NCBI GenBank assembly: GCA_963702845.1
Contig: OY969763.1
Location: 4,352,001-4,416,000, forward strand
Source: an uncultured Verrucomicrobiae bacterium
GTDB lineage: Bacteria > Verrucomicrobiota > Verrucomicrobiia > Limisphaerales > Palsa-1400
DNA length: 64,000 nucleotides
Reading direction: 5' to 3'
In this document: positions 39,043 to 47,359 of the stretch, in pieces
How positions within the stretch are numbered: position 1 is the stretch's first letter
How the letters are laid out: each line of letters opens with the position of its first letter
Made by a program: the position numbers and the translations under genes
The notes under the pieces: model-generated
What the model saw: the letters and a program-made list of their open reading frames with translations, nothing else
The model's database searches: none
Told to the model about the DNA's origin: nothing

Positions 39043-40086
39043 ATGATCGAGAACGTAGATACAGTCGTTCCCAGATTCGTTCCGGTTTTGTCAGCCGAGG
39101 AGACGATTGAGCCAGCACTCCAACAAATTCCAGACGATGGTCCCCTGCTCGATGCATACTCATCGACAGTCACCGGTGTTGTGGAAAAAGTTGCGGCATC
39201 TGTGGTGAACATTCGCGTGCGCAGTGGCGAAGGGCAGCGCGGAAACGGCGGAACGGGTTCAGGCGTTGTCATTGCACAAGATGGATTCATTCTGACCAAC
39301 AGCCACGTTGTCCACGGCGCGAACGAAATTCAGGTGACCCTCGCCGATGGACGAAATTTCATCGGCCAGCTCGTTGGTGAAGATCCTTCCAGCGATCTGG
39401 CGGTGGTGCGCATCAATGCGCCGCGATTGTCGCATGCGGAATTTGCTGATTCCAAATCCGTCCGCGTTGGCCAAATTGCGATCGCGATTGGCAGTCCCTA
39501 TGGCTTTCATCAAACCGTGACCGCAGGAATCGTCAGCGCACTTGGTCGTTCGATGCGTTCGCAAGCGGGACGCTTGATCGACGACGTCATTCAAACCGAC
39601 GCGGCCTTGAATCCCGGCAACTCCGGTGGGCCACTTGTGAATTCTCTCGGCGAAATCATCGGCATCAACACGGCCGTGATTCTTCCCGCGCAAGGCATTT
39701 GCTTGGCCATCGCCAGCAACACCGCGGAATTTGTCGCAGCCTGGCTGATCAAAGAAGGTCGCATCCGCCGCGGATGGATTGGTGTAATCGGCCAAAATGT
39801 TCCGATTCACCGTCGCATTGTCCGGTTTTACAAATTGCCAGCCGACAGGGGAGTGCTTGTCGCTGGCATCGAACCGGGCAGCCCCGCGAGCCGCGCCGGC
39901 CTGCAGGATGGGGATGTCATCGTTGGTTTTGACGAGCGGGTCATTGGAGGTATCGATGACCTGCAACGCGCTCTGGTGAGTGACTTCATTGGCATCCCGG
40001 CGCGTCTTGGAATCATCCGGCATACGGAAAAATTGGACCTGACCGTCGTGCCCGAAGAGGCGATGGAAAATGTTTCCCGCAACTAA
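39043..40086 (+). CDS. HtrA/DegS-like trypsin serine protease with one PDZ domain
   Basis: TNSHVV, DLAVV, NPGNSGGPL; GSPASRAGLQDGDVI. Confidence 0.93.
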   Translation: MIENVDTVVPRFVPVLSAEETIEPALQQIPDDGPLLDAYSSTVTGVVEKVAASVVNIRVRSGEGQRGNGGTGSGVVIAQDGFILTNSHVVHGANEIQVTLADGRNFIGQLVGEDPSSDLAVVRINAPRLSHAEFADSKSVRVGQIAIAIGSPYGFHQTVTAGIVSALGRSMRSQAGRLIDDVIQTDAALNPGNSGGPLVNSLGEIIGINTAVILPAQGICLAIASNTAEFVAAWLIKEGRIRRGWIGVIGQNVPIHRRIVRFYKLPADRGVLVAGIEPGSPASRAGLQDGDVIVGFDERVIGGIDDLQRALVSDFIGIPARLGIIRHTEKLDLTVVPEEAMENVSRN

Positions 40087-40448
40087 CGCCGCGGGTCGGT
40101 TGATGGTATTGACATATTTCCTTATCAGCTCGGGTTGTCGAACACTACACAATATTGACACGCCGTTGCTTCACGTTATAATGCCTTTGGCTGCTGGTGC
40201 TTACCAGCTTCGGTTTGCAGTGCGACCCGATATGATCTTTGACAAAAGTAGAAACATTTCCTTCTACTAATTTTCTCCACTTGGCAACTAATTGCCGGAA
40301 GTAGAAGGAAGTTGCCAGAAGTAGAAACATTCCGATGATATTTTTTCGGACGTCGCCGTTGAAGGTCTATTTAGCCACGAGGATCGCATAGAGCGCAAAG
40401 AATAGAACGCTTGCAAAATGGGATTTGGAAGAGGAAGTTTTAGGGCAA

Positions 40449-41942
40449 ATGGCTAGCGATTCTAACCTGTGCCCGGAGGTCTGCCCAAGCGGCGTTCCGG
40501 GGTTGGACATGGTGCTTTGTGGCGGGTTTCCGCGTAATCGCCTGTATCTGATTGAAGGAGATTCGGGCGTGGGTAAAACGACGCTGGCGTTGCAGTTTTT
40601 GCTGGAAGGCGTGCGGATGAACGAACGTTGCCTCTACGTTACTTTATCTGAAACCAAAGATGAACTGTTGCAGGTGGCCAAGTCGCATGGTTGGTCGTTG
40701 GATAAATTGAACCTGCTCGAGTTGTCGGCGATCGAGCAACAACTGAAGTCGGAGACCGAACATACGTTTTTTCATCCGTCGGAAGTGGAGTTGAATAAAA
40801 CGACGAGAATCCTGACGGACGAAATCGAAAGAATTAAACCGAGCCGGATAGTCTTTGATTCACTTTCGGAGATGCGGCTGATGGCGGAAACGGCGTTGCG
40901 TTATCGACGGCAAATCCTGAGCTTAAAACAGTTCCTAGCCGGCAAGAATGCCACAATTCTGTTACTGGACGATAACTCCACGAACGAAAAAGACCAACAG
41001 GTGCGGAGTCTTGCGCACGGAGTTTTGAGCCTGCAAAAAACTTCGCCTGTTTACGGTATCAACCGGCGCAATCTGATTGTGGAAAAGATTCGTGGCGTGA
41101 AATTTCGGGAAGGTTTCCACGAGTACGCGATTGAGAGAGGCGGTATCAATGTTTATCCACGACTGGTTGCGGCGGAGCATCATACTACGTTCAAACGCGA
41201 ATCGGTATCCAGCGGCATCAAGGAGTTCGATCAACTTCTCGGGGGCGGTTTCGATCGTGGCACCAGCTCGATCATTTTGGGACCACCCGGAACGGGCAAA
41301 TCGACTTTGGCAATCCGCCAGGCCTTTTGTGCGGGTAACCGGGGTGAGCAGGTAAATTTTTATTTGTTCGATGAAACATTGGGAACGTTTCTGTCGCGGG
41401 CTGCATTCCTGGGAATGGATTTGGAACCACTGATGAAGAAAGGGCTGGTGATCGTGGATCAGGTGGATCCCGCGGAAATCCTGCCAGGCGAATTAATGAA
41501 CCGGATTCGTCGCGCGGTGAGCATCGACAAGTCGCGCATGATCGTGATCGACAGCATCAATGGCTACCTCAATGCGATGCCCGACGACCGGTATCTGAGC
41601 ATGCAATTGCACGAGTTGCTGGCGTACCTTAATCAGCAGGGAGTCATTTCATTGCTGCTTCTTGCCCAACAAGGCCTGGTCGGAACCATGCAAAGCATCG
41701 TTGATCTGACCTATCTGGCGGATACGGTGGTGTTGCTGCGTTTCTTCGAGGCGATGGGCGAAGTGAAACAGGCGATTTCCGTGATGAAAAAGCGCAGCGG
41801 CGACCACGAGCGGACGATTCGCGAATTCAGGGTGGGCAAGGGTGGTATTTCGGTGGGCGCGCCGCTGAAGGATTTTCACGGTGTATTGACGGGAGTTCCG
41901 ACATTTGTGGGTGGGTCCGAGAAAATGTTAGAGAAAAAGTGA
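40449..41942 (+). CDS. KaiC-like double-domain ATPase
   Basis: Two Walker A motifs (GDSGVGKT, GPPGTGKST), SG..GLD..L.GG in both halves, KIRG and KKRSG. Confidence 0.9.
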   Translation: MASDSNLCPEVCPSGVPGLDMVLCGGFPRNRLYLIEGDSGVGKTTLALQFLLEGVRMNERCLYVTLSETKDELLQVAKSHGWSLDKLNLLELSAIEQQLKSETEHTFFHPSEVELNKTTRILTDEIERIKPSRIVFDSLSEMRLMAETALRYRRQILSLKQFLAGKNATILLLDDNSTNEKDQQVRSLAHGVLSLQKTSPVYGINRRNLIVEKIRGVKFREGFHEYAIERGGINVYPRLVAAEHHTTFKRESVSSGIKEFDQLLGGGFDRGTSSIILGPPGTGKSTLAIRQAFCAGNRGEQVNFYLFDETLGTFLSRAAFLGMDLEPLMKKGLVIVDQVDPAEILPGELMNRIRRAVSIDKSRMIVIDSINGYLNAMPDDRYLSMQLHELLAYLNQQGVISLLLLAQQGLVGTMQSIVDLTYLADTVVLLRFFEAMGEVKQAISVMKKRSGDHERTIREFRVGKGGISVGAPLKDFHGVLTGVPTFVGGSEKMLEKK

Positions 41943-42016
41943 ACGATGCTTCTCGCTCGCCAGCAAATTTCCCATAGCTTACGCGAAAAACTACCTTAGA
42001 GTGCAGCGTTAAAGTC

Positions 42017-43225
42017 GTGGCCGGCTCAATTGTTCATTCAACCGATACGCGTGTCCTGATTCTCGCTCCAACGGGGCGTGACGCAGAATTGAGTTGTGCA
42101 TTCCTCGAGGACTCAGGAATCAAGGCGCATCCCTGCCGCGATATGTCGGACCTGGCGAATGAAGCCGAACAAGGGTGTGGAGCGATTGTGCTTGCCGAGG
42201 AAACGTTGGGCACAAGTTCAGTGCTGGCGTTCAAAGACCTCCTCTCCAAGCAACCGTTTTGGTCTGACCTTCCCATCACCATTATTGCAACAGGCGGCAG
42301 CGGCAACCGGGACACGTCGCGAAGGCTCTCAATTTTCGGGTCGGTCGGAAATGTCAGCATTCTGGAGCGTCCGTTTCGACCGGAGACTTTGGTCAACGCG
42401 CTGCAAGTGGCACTGCGTTCGCGGCGACGGCAATACGAAGTGCGTGACCTGGTGAAGGCTCTGGGTGAGAGCGAGGGTCGATATCGCGACTTGGCCACCT
42501 CTCTGGAAGCGCAGGTTAAAGCACGAACAGCGGCGCTTCAGGAAACGAATAGAGAACTGGAAGCGTTCACCTACACGATTGCCCACGACCTGCGCGCGCC
42601 GCTTCGAGCGCAGCAAAGCTTTGCCGGGGCGTTGCTAAATGATTTTGGAGATGTTTTGGGTGAGACCGGGCGGGATTACGCGCAACGGATCGGCGATTCG
42701 GCGGTTCGCCTGAACGACTTGCTCCAGGACCTGCTCGCATATTCTCGCCTCAGCCGTGCGGAGATGGAGGTTGAACTGGTGGAGTTGAGACCGCTCGTTT
42801 TCCAAATTCGTGACGAGATGGATTTCCAAATCAAAGAATCCGGGGCCAAGGTCAACGTGCGCGATTTTTCGTTCACTGTGTGCGGCAATGAGGCGATGCT
42901 CAGGCTTGCGATCACGAACCTGCTTTCAAACGCGATCAAATTTTGCCGCCCGGGTGTTCCCGCCGAAATTGATATTTTTGCGGACGAACGCGACGGCTGG
43001 ATTCGGCTCTATGTTCGGGATAACGGAATTGGGATTGACCCGGAGCACCATCAGCAGGTGTTTGGGATTTTCAGTCGATTGCACAGGGCCGGAGAATATC
43101 CCGGGACCGGAGTAGGACTGGCAATTGTGCAGAAAGCAGTCGAGCGGATGGAGGGTCGGGTCGGCGTCGAATCGCAGAAGGGTGAGGGCTGCCGGTTCTG
43201 GATAGAGCTGCGCAAGAGCTGCTGA
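42017..43225 (+). CDS. Sensor histidine kinase with degenerate N-terminal receiver-like domain
   Basis: AHDLRAPL, NLLSNAIKF, DNGIGI, GTGVGLAIV; no TM segments. Confidence 0.92.
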   Translation: MAGSIVHSTDTRVLILAPTGRDAELSCAFLEDSGIKAHPCRDMSDLANEAEQGCGAIVLAEETLGTSSVLAFKDLLSKQPFWSDLPITIIATGGSGNRDTSRRLSIFGSVGNVSILERPFRPETLVNALQVALRSRRRQYEVRDLVKALGESEGRYRDLATSLEAQVKARTAALQETNRELEAFTYTIAHDLRAPLRAQQSFAGALLNDFGDVLGETGRDYAQRIGDSAVRLNDLLQDLLAYSRLSRAEMEVELVELRPLVFQIRDEMDFQIKESGAKVNVRDFSFTVCGNEAMLRLAITNLLSNAIKFCRPGVPAEIDIFADERDGWIRLYVRDNGIGIDPEHHQQVFGIFSRLHRAGEYPGTGVGLAIVQKAVERMEGRVGVESQKGEGCRFWIELRKSC

Positions 43226-43630
43226 TCAAGCGGACACGCGCAAATATTGGACGAGTTCCTGAAACGAAGCTGATTTAACGAAATAGGTCGTGGCGCCAAG
43301 GTTGTAGGCGCGTTTCACATCGTTGGGCATATCTGAGGAGCTGAGGATGATAATCGGCAGCGTTTGCAACTCTGGATTGCCGCGCGCCCACTCCAAAACG
43401 TCGAACCCTGTTTTGCGCGGCATCTTCAGATCAAGGATCAAGACATCAGCCATCGGGAATTGATTGCGGTCGTGATATTTTCCTTTTCCTTGAAGCCATT
43501 CGATGGCGGCCTCACCGTCGTCGACCACATACAACTCGTGCGGCAAGGTCGCGCGGTTCAACGCCATTTTGAAGATGACAACGTCGTTGGGGTCGTCTTC
43601 TGCGTATAATATTTTTTTGCCACGGCTCAT
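43226..43630 (-). CDS. Single-domain response regulator
   Basis: AEDD, LDLKMP, LSSS, YFVK. Confidence 0.9.
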   Translation of the reverse strand: MSRGKKILYAEDDPNDVVIFKMALNRATLPHELYVVDDGEAAIEWLQGKGKYHDRNQFPMADVLILDLKMPRKTGFDVLEWARGNPELQTLPIIILSSSDMPNDVKRAYNLGATTYFVKSASFQELVQYLRVSA

Positions 43631-43770
43631 GTTAAGAATGGACGGTGGAAATGATAGCAATCAGTGACGGCGTGTGAAGACCGATTTTTCCCGCAGTCAA
43701 ATATAGGTGAACGCACGAACCGAGGATGACAATGGCGAGCGGCGATGGTATGAATTGAGCCAGTGACTTC

Positions 43771-44184
43771 ATGACAGCGAATGTATTTCGATATTCAAGC
43801 CGGGTAACGTATGCGCAGTGCACCGTGGGCAATCACATTTATTATGCGCGTTATCTCGATATTCTGGAGGCGGCGCGTGGAGAATTTGCGCGGGAGCTTG
43901 GGATGCCGCTGGGGATGTTGCAAGAGCAGGATACGATTTTTCCGGTGATCGGCGTGGAGATTTCTTACAAGTCGGCCGCGCGCTACGATGAAGTGCTGAC
44001 GACGGAGGTCTGGGTGATGGAGTGTGGTGGTGTGCGGGTGAATTTCGGAGCGAGGATTTTGAAGGAGGATGGGACGGTGGTTGTCGAGGCAGTGACAAAA
44101 CACGTTTGCACGACGCGGGATGAGAAACCGAAGAGGTTGCCGAAGGAGATTTTGGAGCGGCTCGAAACGCGAAAGCAGGTTTAA
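43771..44184 (+). CDS. Acyl-CoA thioesterase (4HBT/YbgC family)
   Basis: HIYYARYLDILEAAR, YKSAARYDE hot-dog fold pattern. Confidence 0.85.
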   Translation: MTANVFRYSSRVTYAQCTVGNHIYYARYLDILEAARGEFARELGMPLGMLQEQDTIFPVIGVEISYKSAARYDEVLTTEVWVMECGGVRVNFGARILKEDGTVVVEAVTKHVCTTRDEKPKRLPKEILERLETRKQV

Positions 44185-44185
44185 C

Positions 44186-44199
44186 GATATGCCGCCCCT
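44186..44199. repeat. Left half of an interrupted REP-like palindrome (target left flank + CT core)
   Basis: GATATGCCGCCCCT joins ACGGGG at 45397 to give GCCCC-TAC-GGGGT, paralleling the intact unit GATGTCGCGCC-TAC-GGCGC downstream. Confidence 0.8.
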
Positions 44200-44249
44200 T
44201 GTATGTCTCCTTTTGCCATTTCTTGTAGCTTTAATCAGTGAATAGGAAA

Positions 44250-44440
44250 CTGGCACTACGTTCCGGCCTGCAGGCCGGAATGTAGCGGCGCAGGCGTGAT
44301 CGTTCGCCCCTTGGTCTCCCGATTGGGAAGCCCGTCCCGTAGCAGGATCCGCCTGTGCTTTTGCTCCGAACTCGAACCGTTGTTTGAGCGGCAATCCTTG
44401 AACGCTGCCTGCTCGTATATGCAAGAATGAGTCAGAACAT
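44250..44440 (+). ncRNA. Bridge RNA of the IS110 element (ends approximate)
   Basis: 5' hairpin 44256-44285; target-binding loop 44288-44358; donor-binding loop ~44365-44436; four guide segments match target and donor. Confidence 0.85.
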
Positions 44441-44447
44441 TGCCATT

Positions 44448-45386
44448 ATGAACCATATCCCTGCCGTCGTCTATTGTGGCCTGGACGTTTCCAAAGCCTC
44501 TCTCCAACTGGACTTCAACCACCGGATTCACGAGGATCCAAACACCGCGCCCGGCCACAAAACATTAGTTAAGCGGCTGGCTTCAGCGCCTGGCATTCAT
44601 GTTATCTGTGAAGCCACGGGTGGCTACGAACGCGCCATCGTCGCTGCACTGCAAGAGGCAAACATTCCAGTCTCTGTCCTCAATCCTGCACGCGTCCGCC
44701 ACTTCGCACGGGCACAAGGCAGGTTGGCCAAAACGGATCCCATTGATACCACTGTTCTGACCGCTTACGGAACAGCCTTCAAACCCGCCTCCACCCCTGC
44801 GGCCAGCGCCTCTCAAAAACGATTGGCAGAATTGAGCGCCCGTCGTGCTCAACTCATCGATTTGATCGTCATCGAGAAGAATCGAGCTCCGATGCATTTG
44901 CTTCCCGAAGTTGGAAAATTGGCCCGACAACTACTGCGTCAATTGGAGGCTCAAATCAAACACATCGATAAACTGCTGGCGCATCTTCTCAAAGAAGACG
45001 GCGTTCTAGCGGACCGTGCTCAACGTTTGGATGCTATCGCGGGAGTCGGCCTCCATACTGCGGTTATGGTGCTGGCTGAAATGCCAGAACTAGGCACCCT
45101 CAACCGCCGCCAGGCAGCGGCATTGGCTGGGCTGGCTCCAATCAATCGTGATAGCGGTACCTGGAATGGTCCCCGTTCGATTGGCGGCGGTCGCGCCAGT
45201 ACCCGCAGAACTCTTTACATGGCCGCATTAACTGCCAGTCAATATAACAGACACCTAAAGCTCTTTTATCAACGGCTCAAAGACGCCGGCAAACCATCGA
45301 AAGTGGCCCTAACGGCTGTCATGAGAAAGTTGATCATCCTGATGAACCAAATCTTAAAAAACCCAAACTTCATCCTTGCCAGTTAA
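44448..45386 (+). CDS. IS110-family recombinase/transposase
   Basis: DEDD residues in GLDVSK, CEATGGYE, KTDPID; IAGVG HhH; GLAP...DSG serine motif; ATG 44448 preferred because 44427 lies inside the RNA fold. Confidence 0.96.
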   Translation: MNHIPAVVYCGLDVSKASLQLDFNHRIHEDPNTAPGHKTLVKRLASAPGIHVICEATGGYERAIVAALQEANIPVSVLNPARVRHFARAQGRLAKTDPIDTTVLTAYGTAFKPASTPAASASQKRLAELSARRAQLIDLIVIEKNRAPMHLLPEVGKLARQLLRQLEAQIKHIDKLLAHLLKEDGVLADRAQRLDAIAGVGLHTAVMVLAEMPELGTLNRRQAAALAGLAPINRDSGTWNGPRSIGGGRASTRRTLYMAALTASQYNRHLKLFYQRLKDAGKPSKVALTAVMRKLIILMNQILKNPNFILAS

Positions 45387-45396
45387 CACCGTTGCT

Positions 45397-45438
45397 ACGG
45401 GGTCTGCGATGCTACAAAGATGTCGCGCCTACGGCGCT
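45397..45438. repeat. Right half of the interrupted REP-like unit plus a second intact unit
   Basis: ACGGGGT...GCTACAAAGATGTCGCGCCTACGGCGCT; GTAG on the minus strand; lies between convergent genes. Confidence 0.75.
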
Positions 45439-45440
45439 GT

Positions 45441-46394
45441 CTAACCGAGAGCGGCGAATTGTTCGCGGCCTTCCATCAGATAGTCCAAATAATAGGACAG
45501 GCGCATTTTCATGTCGCCGCGTGGCACGATGGCGTCGATGACGCCGTGTTCCAAAAGAAATTCCGCGGTTTGGAAACCGGGCGGCAGTTCCGCCTGAGTG
45601 GTGTCTTTGATGACACGCGGACCGGCGAAGCCGATCATCGCGCCGGGTTCGGCGATGATTAAATCACCAACGCTGGCATAACTTGCCATAACGCCGGCAT
45701 AGGTTGGATCGGTCAACACACTGATGTAGGGCAACCGGGCCTTCGCGTGATATGCGAGTGCGCCGCAGGTTTTCGCCATTTGCATCAGACTGAACATGCC
45801 TTCATACATGCGTGCGCCGCCGCTGGTGGAAAAAATAATTACGGGCAAACCTTTATCGGTGGCCGCTTCTATCATGCGCGTCAATTTTTCGCCGACGACT
45901 GAGCCCATCGAACCGCCGAGAAATCCAAAATCCATCACGCCAAGGCCGATACGGTGTTTGCCGATGCGACCAATGCCAGTGCAGACGGCGTCCTTGAGGC
46001 TGGTGCTCTTTTTGTAGGCCTCAAGCTTAGCAGTGTAGGGCGCGACGCCGGTGAACTTGAGCATGTCCACGGCTTCCATTTCGGCGTCCATTTCTTCGAA
46101 TGAACATGTTTCGACGAGGGCGTGGATGCGTTCGCGCGCGGCGATTGTGAAATGGTAATTGCACTTGGGACAGACCTTAAGGTGCTCGTCGAGCTCCTTG
46201 TCGTAAATCATGCTGGCGCACTTTTTGCACTTCGTCCACAGGCCTTCGGGAATGTCCCGCTTTTTGGCCTTGGAAGTGGTCAGCTTCGGTTTTTTGACGA
46301 ACTGAGTCGCAGCGGCATCTGTATGCGGCGTGAGTGCTGGGTCGACCGTCTCGAGTCCGAGGGTCTTCTTGTTAGTAAACGAAGATGTGGCCAT
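45441..46394 (-). CDS. accD: Acetyl-CoA carboxylase carboxyltransferase beta subunit
   Basis: GLWTKCKKC...VCPKC zinc finger, GGSMGSVVGEK, SGGARMYEG, FAGPRVI. Confidence 0.97.
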   Translation of the reverse strand: MATSSFTNKKTLGLETVDPALTPHTDAAATQFVKKPKLTTSKAKKRDIPEGLWTKCKKCASMIYDKELDEHLKVCPKCNYHFTIAARERIHALVETCSFEEMDAEMEAVDMLKFTGVAPYTAKLEAYKKSTSLKDAVCTGIGRIGKHRIGLGVMDFGFLGGSMGSVVGEKLTRMIEAATDKGLPVIIFSTSGGARMYEGMFSLMQMAKTCGALAYHAKARLPYISVLTDPTYAGVMASYASVGDLIIAEPGAMIGFAGPRVIKDTTQAELPPGFQTAEFLLEHGVIDAIVPRGDMKMRLSYYLDYLMEGREQFAALG

Positions 46395-46541
46395 GTATGA
46401 TTTTAGACCTGCTGCGACTGCTACTGCAAAGTTAGGCGTTGGTAGCATAATGCATTACGGCGCAAACTCCACCTCTGCGTTTTAAACTTTTTGCAGAAGG
46501 CGTCAATAGCGGAAATTTGACGGCAGTTAAGCGCCACACGT

Positions 46542-47312
46542 TTAGAAGTGCAGATGTTTCACGGTCAGCCCTTTATTTTTCAGCTGGCGCAAGGAGTCGA
46601 TGCCGATGCGCAGGTGGTTTTCGGCATATTCAGTGGTGACTTTTTGGTCGCTGGTTGTTGTTTTGACGCCTTCGGGGACCATGGGTTGGTCGGACACAAG
46701 GAGGAGTGCGCCCGTTGGGATTTCGTTGGCGAAGCCGGTGATGAAAATCGTCGCGGTCTCCATGTCGATGCCCATGCAACGGACACGGCGCAAATAACGT
46801 TTCAAAGCGATGTCATGTTCCCAGACGCGGCGGTTTGTGGTGTAAATTGTGCCCGTCCAATAATCGCGGCCGTAGTTGCGGATGGTGGTCGAAACAGCTT
46901 TTTGCAGGCTGAACGCGGGCAATGCGGGAACTTCGGGTGGAAAGTAGTCGTTGGAAGTTCCTTCGCCTCGAATGGCCGCGATGGGAAGGATAAGGTCGCC
47001 GAGTTTATTTTTTTGTTTGAGTCCACCGCATTTGCCAAGGAAGAGGACGGCTTTGGGTTCGACCGCGCTGACGAGGTCCATGACGGTGGCGGCGCTGGCA
47101 CTGCCCATGCCGAAGTTGATAATGGTGATGCCGCCGGCAGTAGCGTTGGGCATCGGACGATCCATGCCGCGCACTTCGGTTTTGAAGCGCTTGGCGAACA
47201 TGTGGACGTAATTGCTGAAGTTAACGAGGAGAATGTATTTGCCGAACTGGTCGACGGCCGTGCCGGTGTAGCGCGGGAGCCAGTTGTTTACGATTTCCGC
47301 TTTGGTTCTCAT
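46542..47312 (-). CDS. amn: AMP nucleosidase (short type)
   Basis: NWLPRYTG, NFGMGS, FLGKCGGL, IRGEGTS, IDMETAT. Confidence 0.9.
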   Translation of the reverse strand: MRTKAEIVNNWLPRYTGTAVDQFGKYILLVNFSNYVHMFAKRFKTEVRGMDRPMPNATAGGITIINFGMGSASAATVMDLVSAVEPKAVLFLGKCGGLKQKNKLGDLILPIAAIRGEGTSNDYFPPEVPALPAFSLQKAVSTTIRNYGRDYWTGTIYTTNRRVWEHDIALKRYLRRVRCMGIDMETATIFITGFANEIPTGALLLVSDQPMVPEGVKTTTSDQKVTTEYAENHLRIGIDSLRQLKNKGLTVKHLHF

Positions 47313-47359
47313 ACTTTTCCGGAGAGTAACTCCCGGGACCGCTGATTAACAACGGCGTT

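Larger units (their letters stand above)
44200..45396 (+). mobile_element. IS110-family element (bridge-recombinase type), 1197 bp, CT core
   Basis: CT at both junctions (44198-99, 45395-96), no terminal inverted repeats, long left non-coding end, recombinase stop 10 bp from the right end; removing the element restores a palindrome. Confidence 0.92.

Noticed and set aside
44256..44285. Strong palindrome as a terminator or IS terminal inverted repeat
   Set aside because: No U tract and internal to the element; fits the 5' stem of the bridge RNA
44427..44447. Upstream ATG for the recombinase
   Set aside because: Overlaps the closing stem of the donor-binding loop; ATG 44448 puts the first catalytic Asp near the N-terminus as expected
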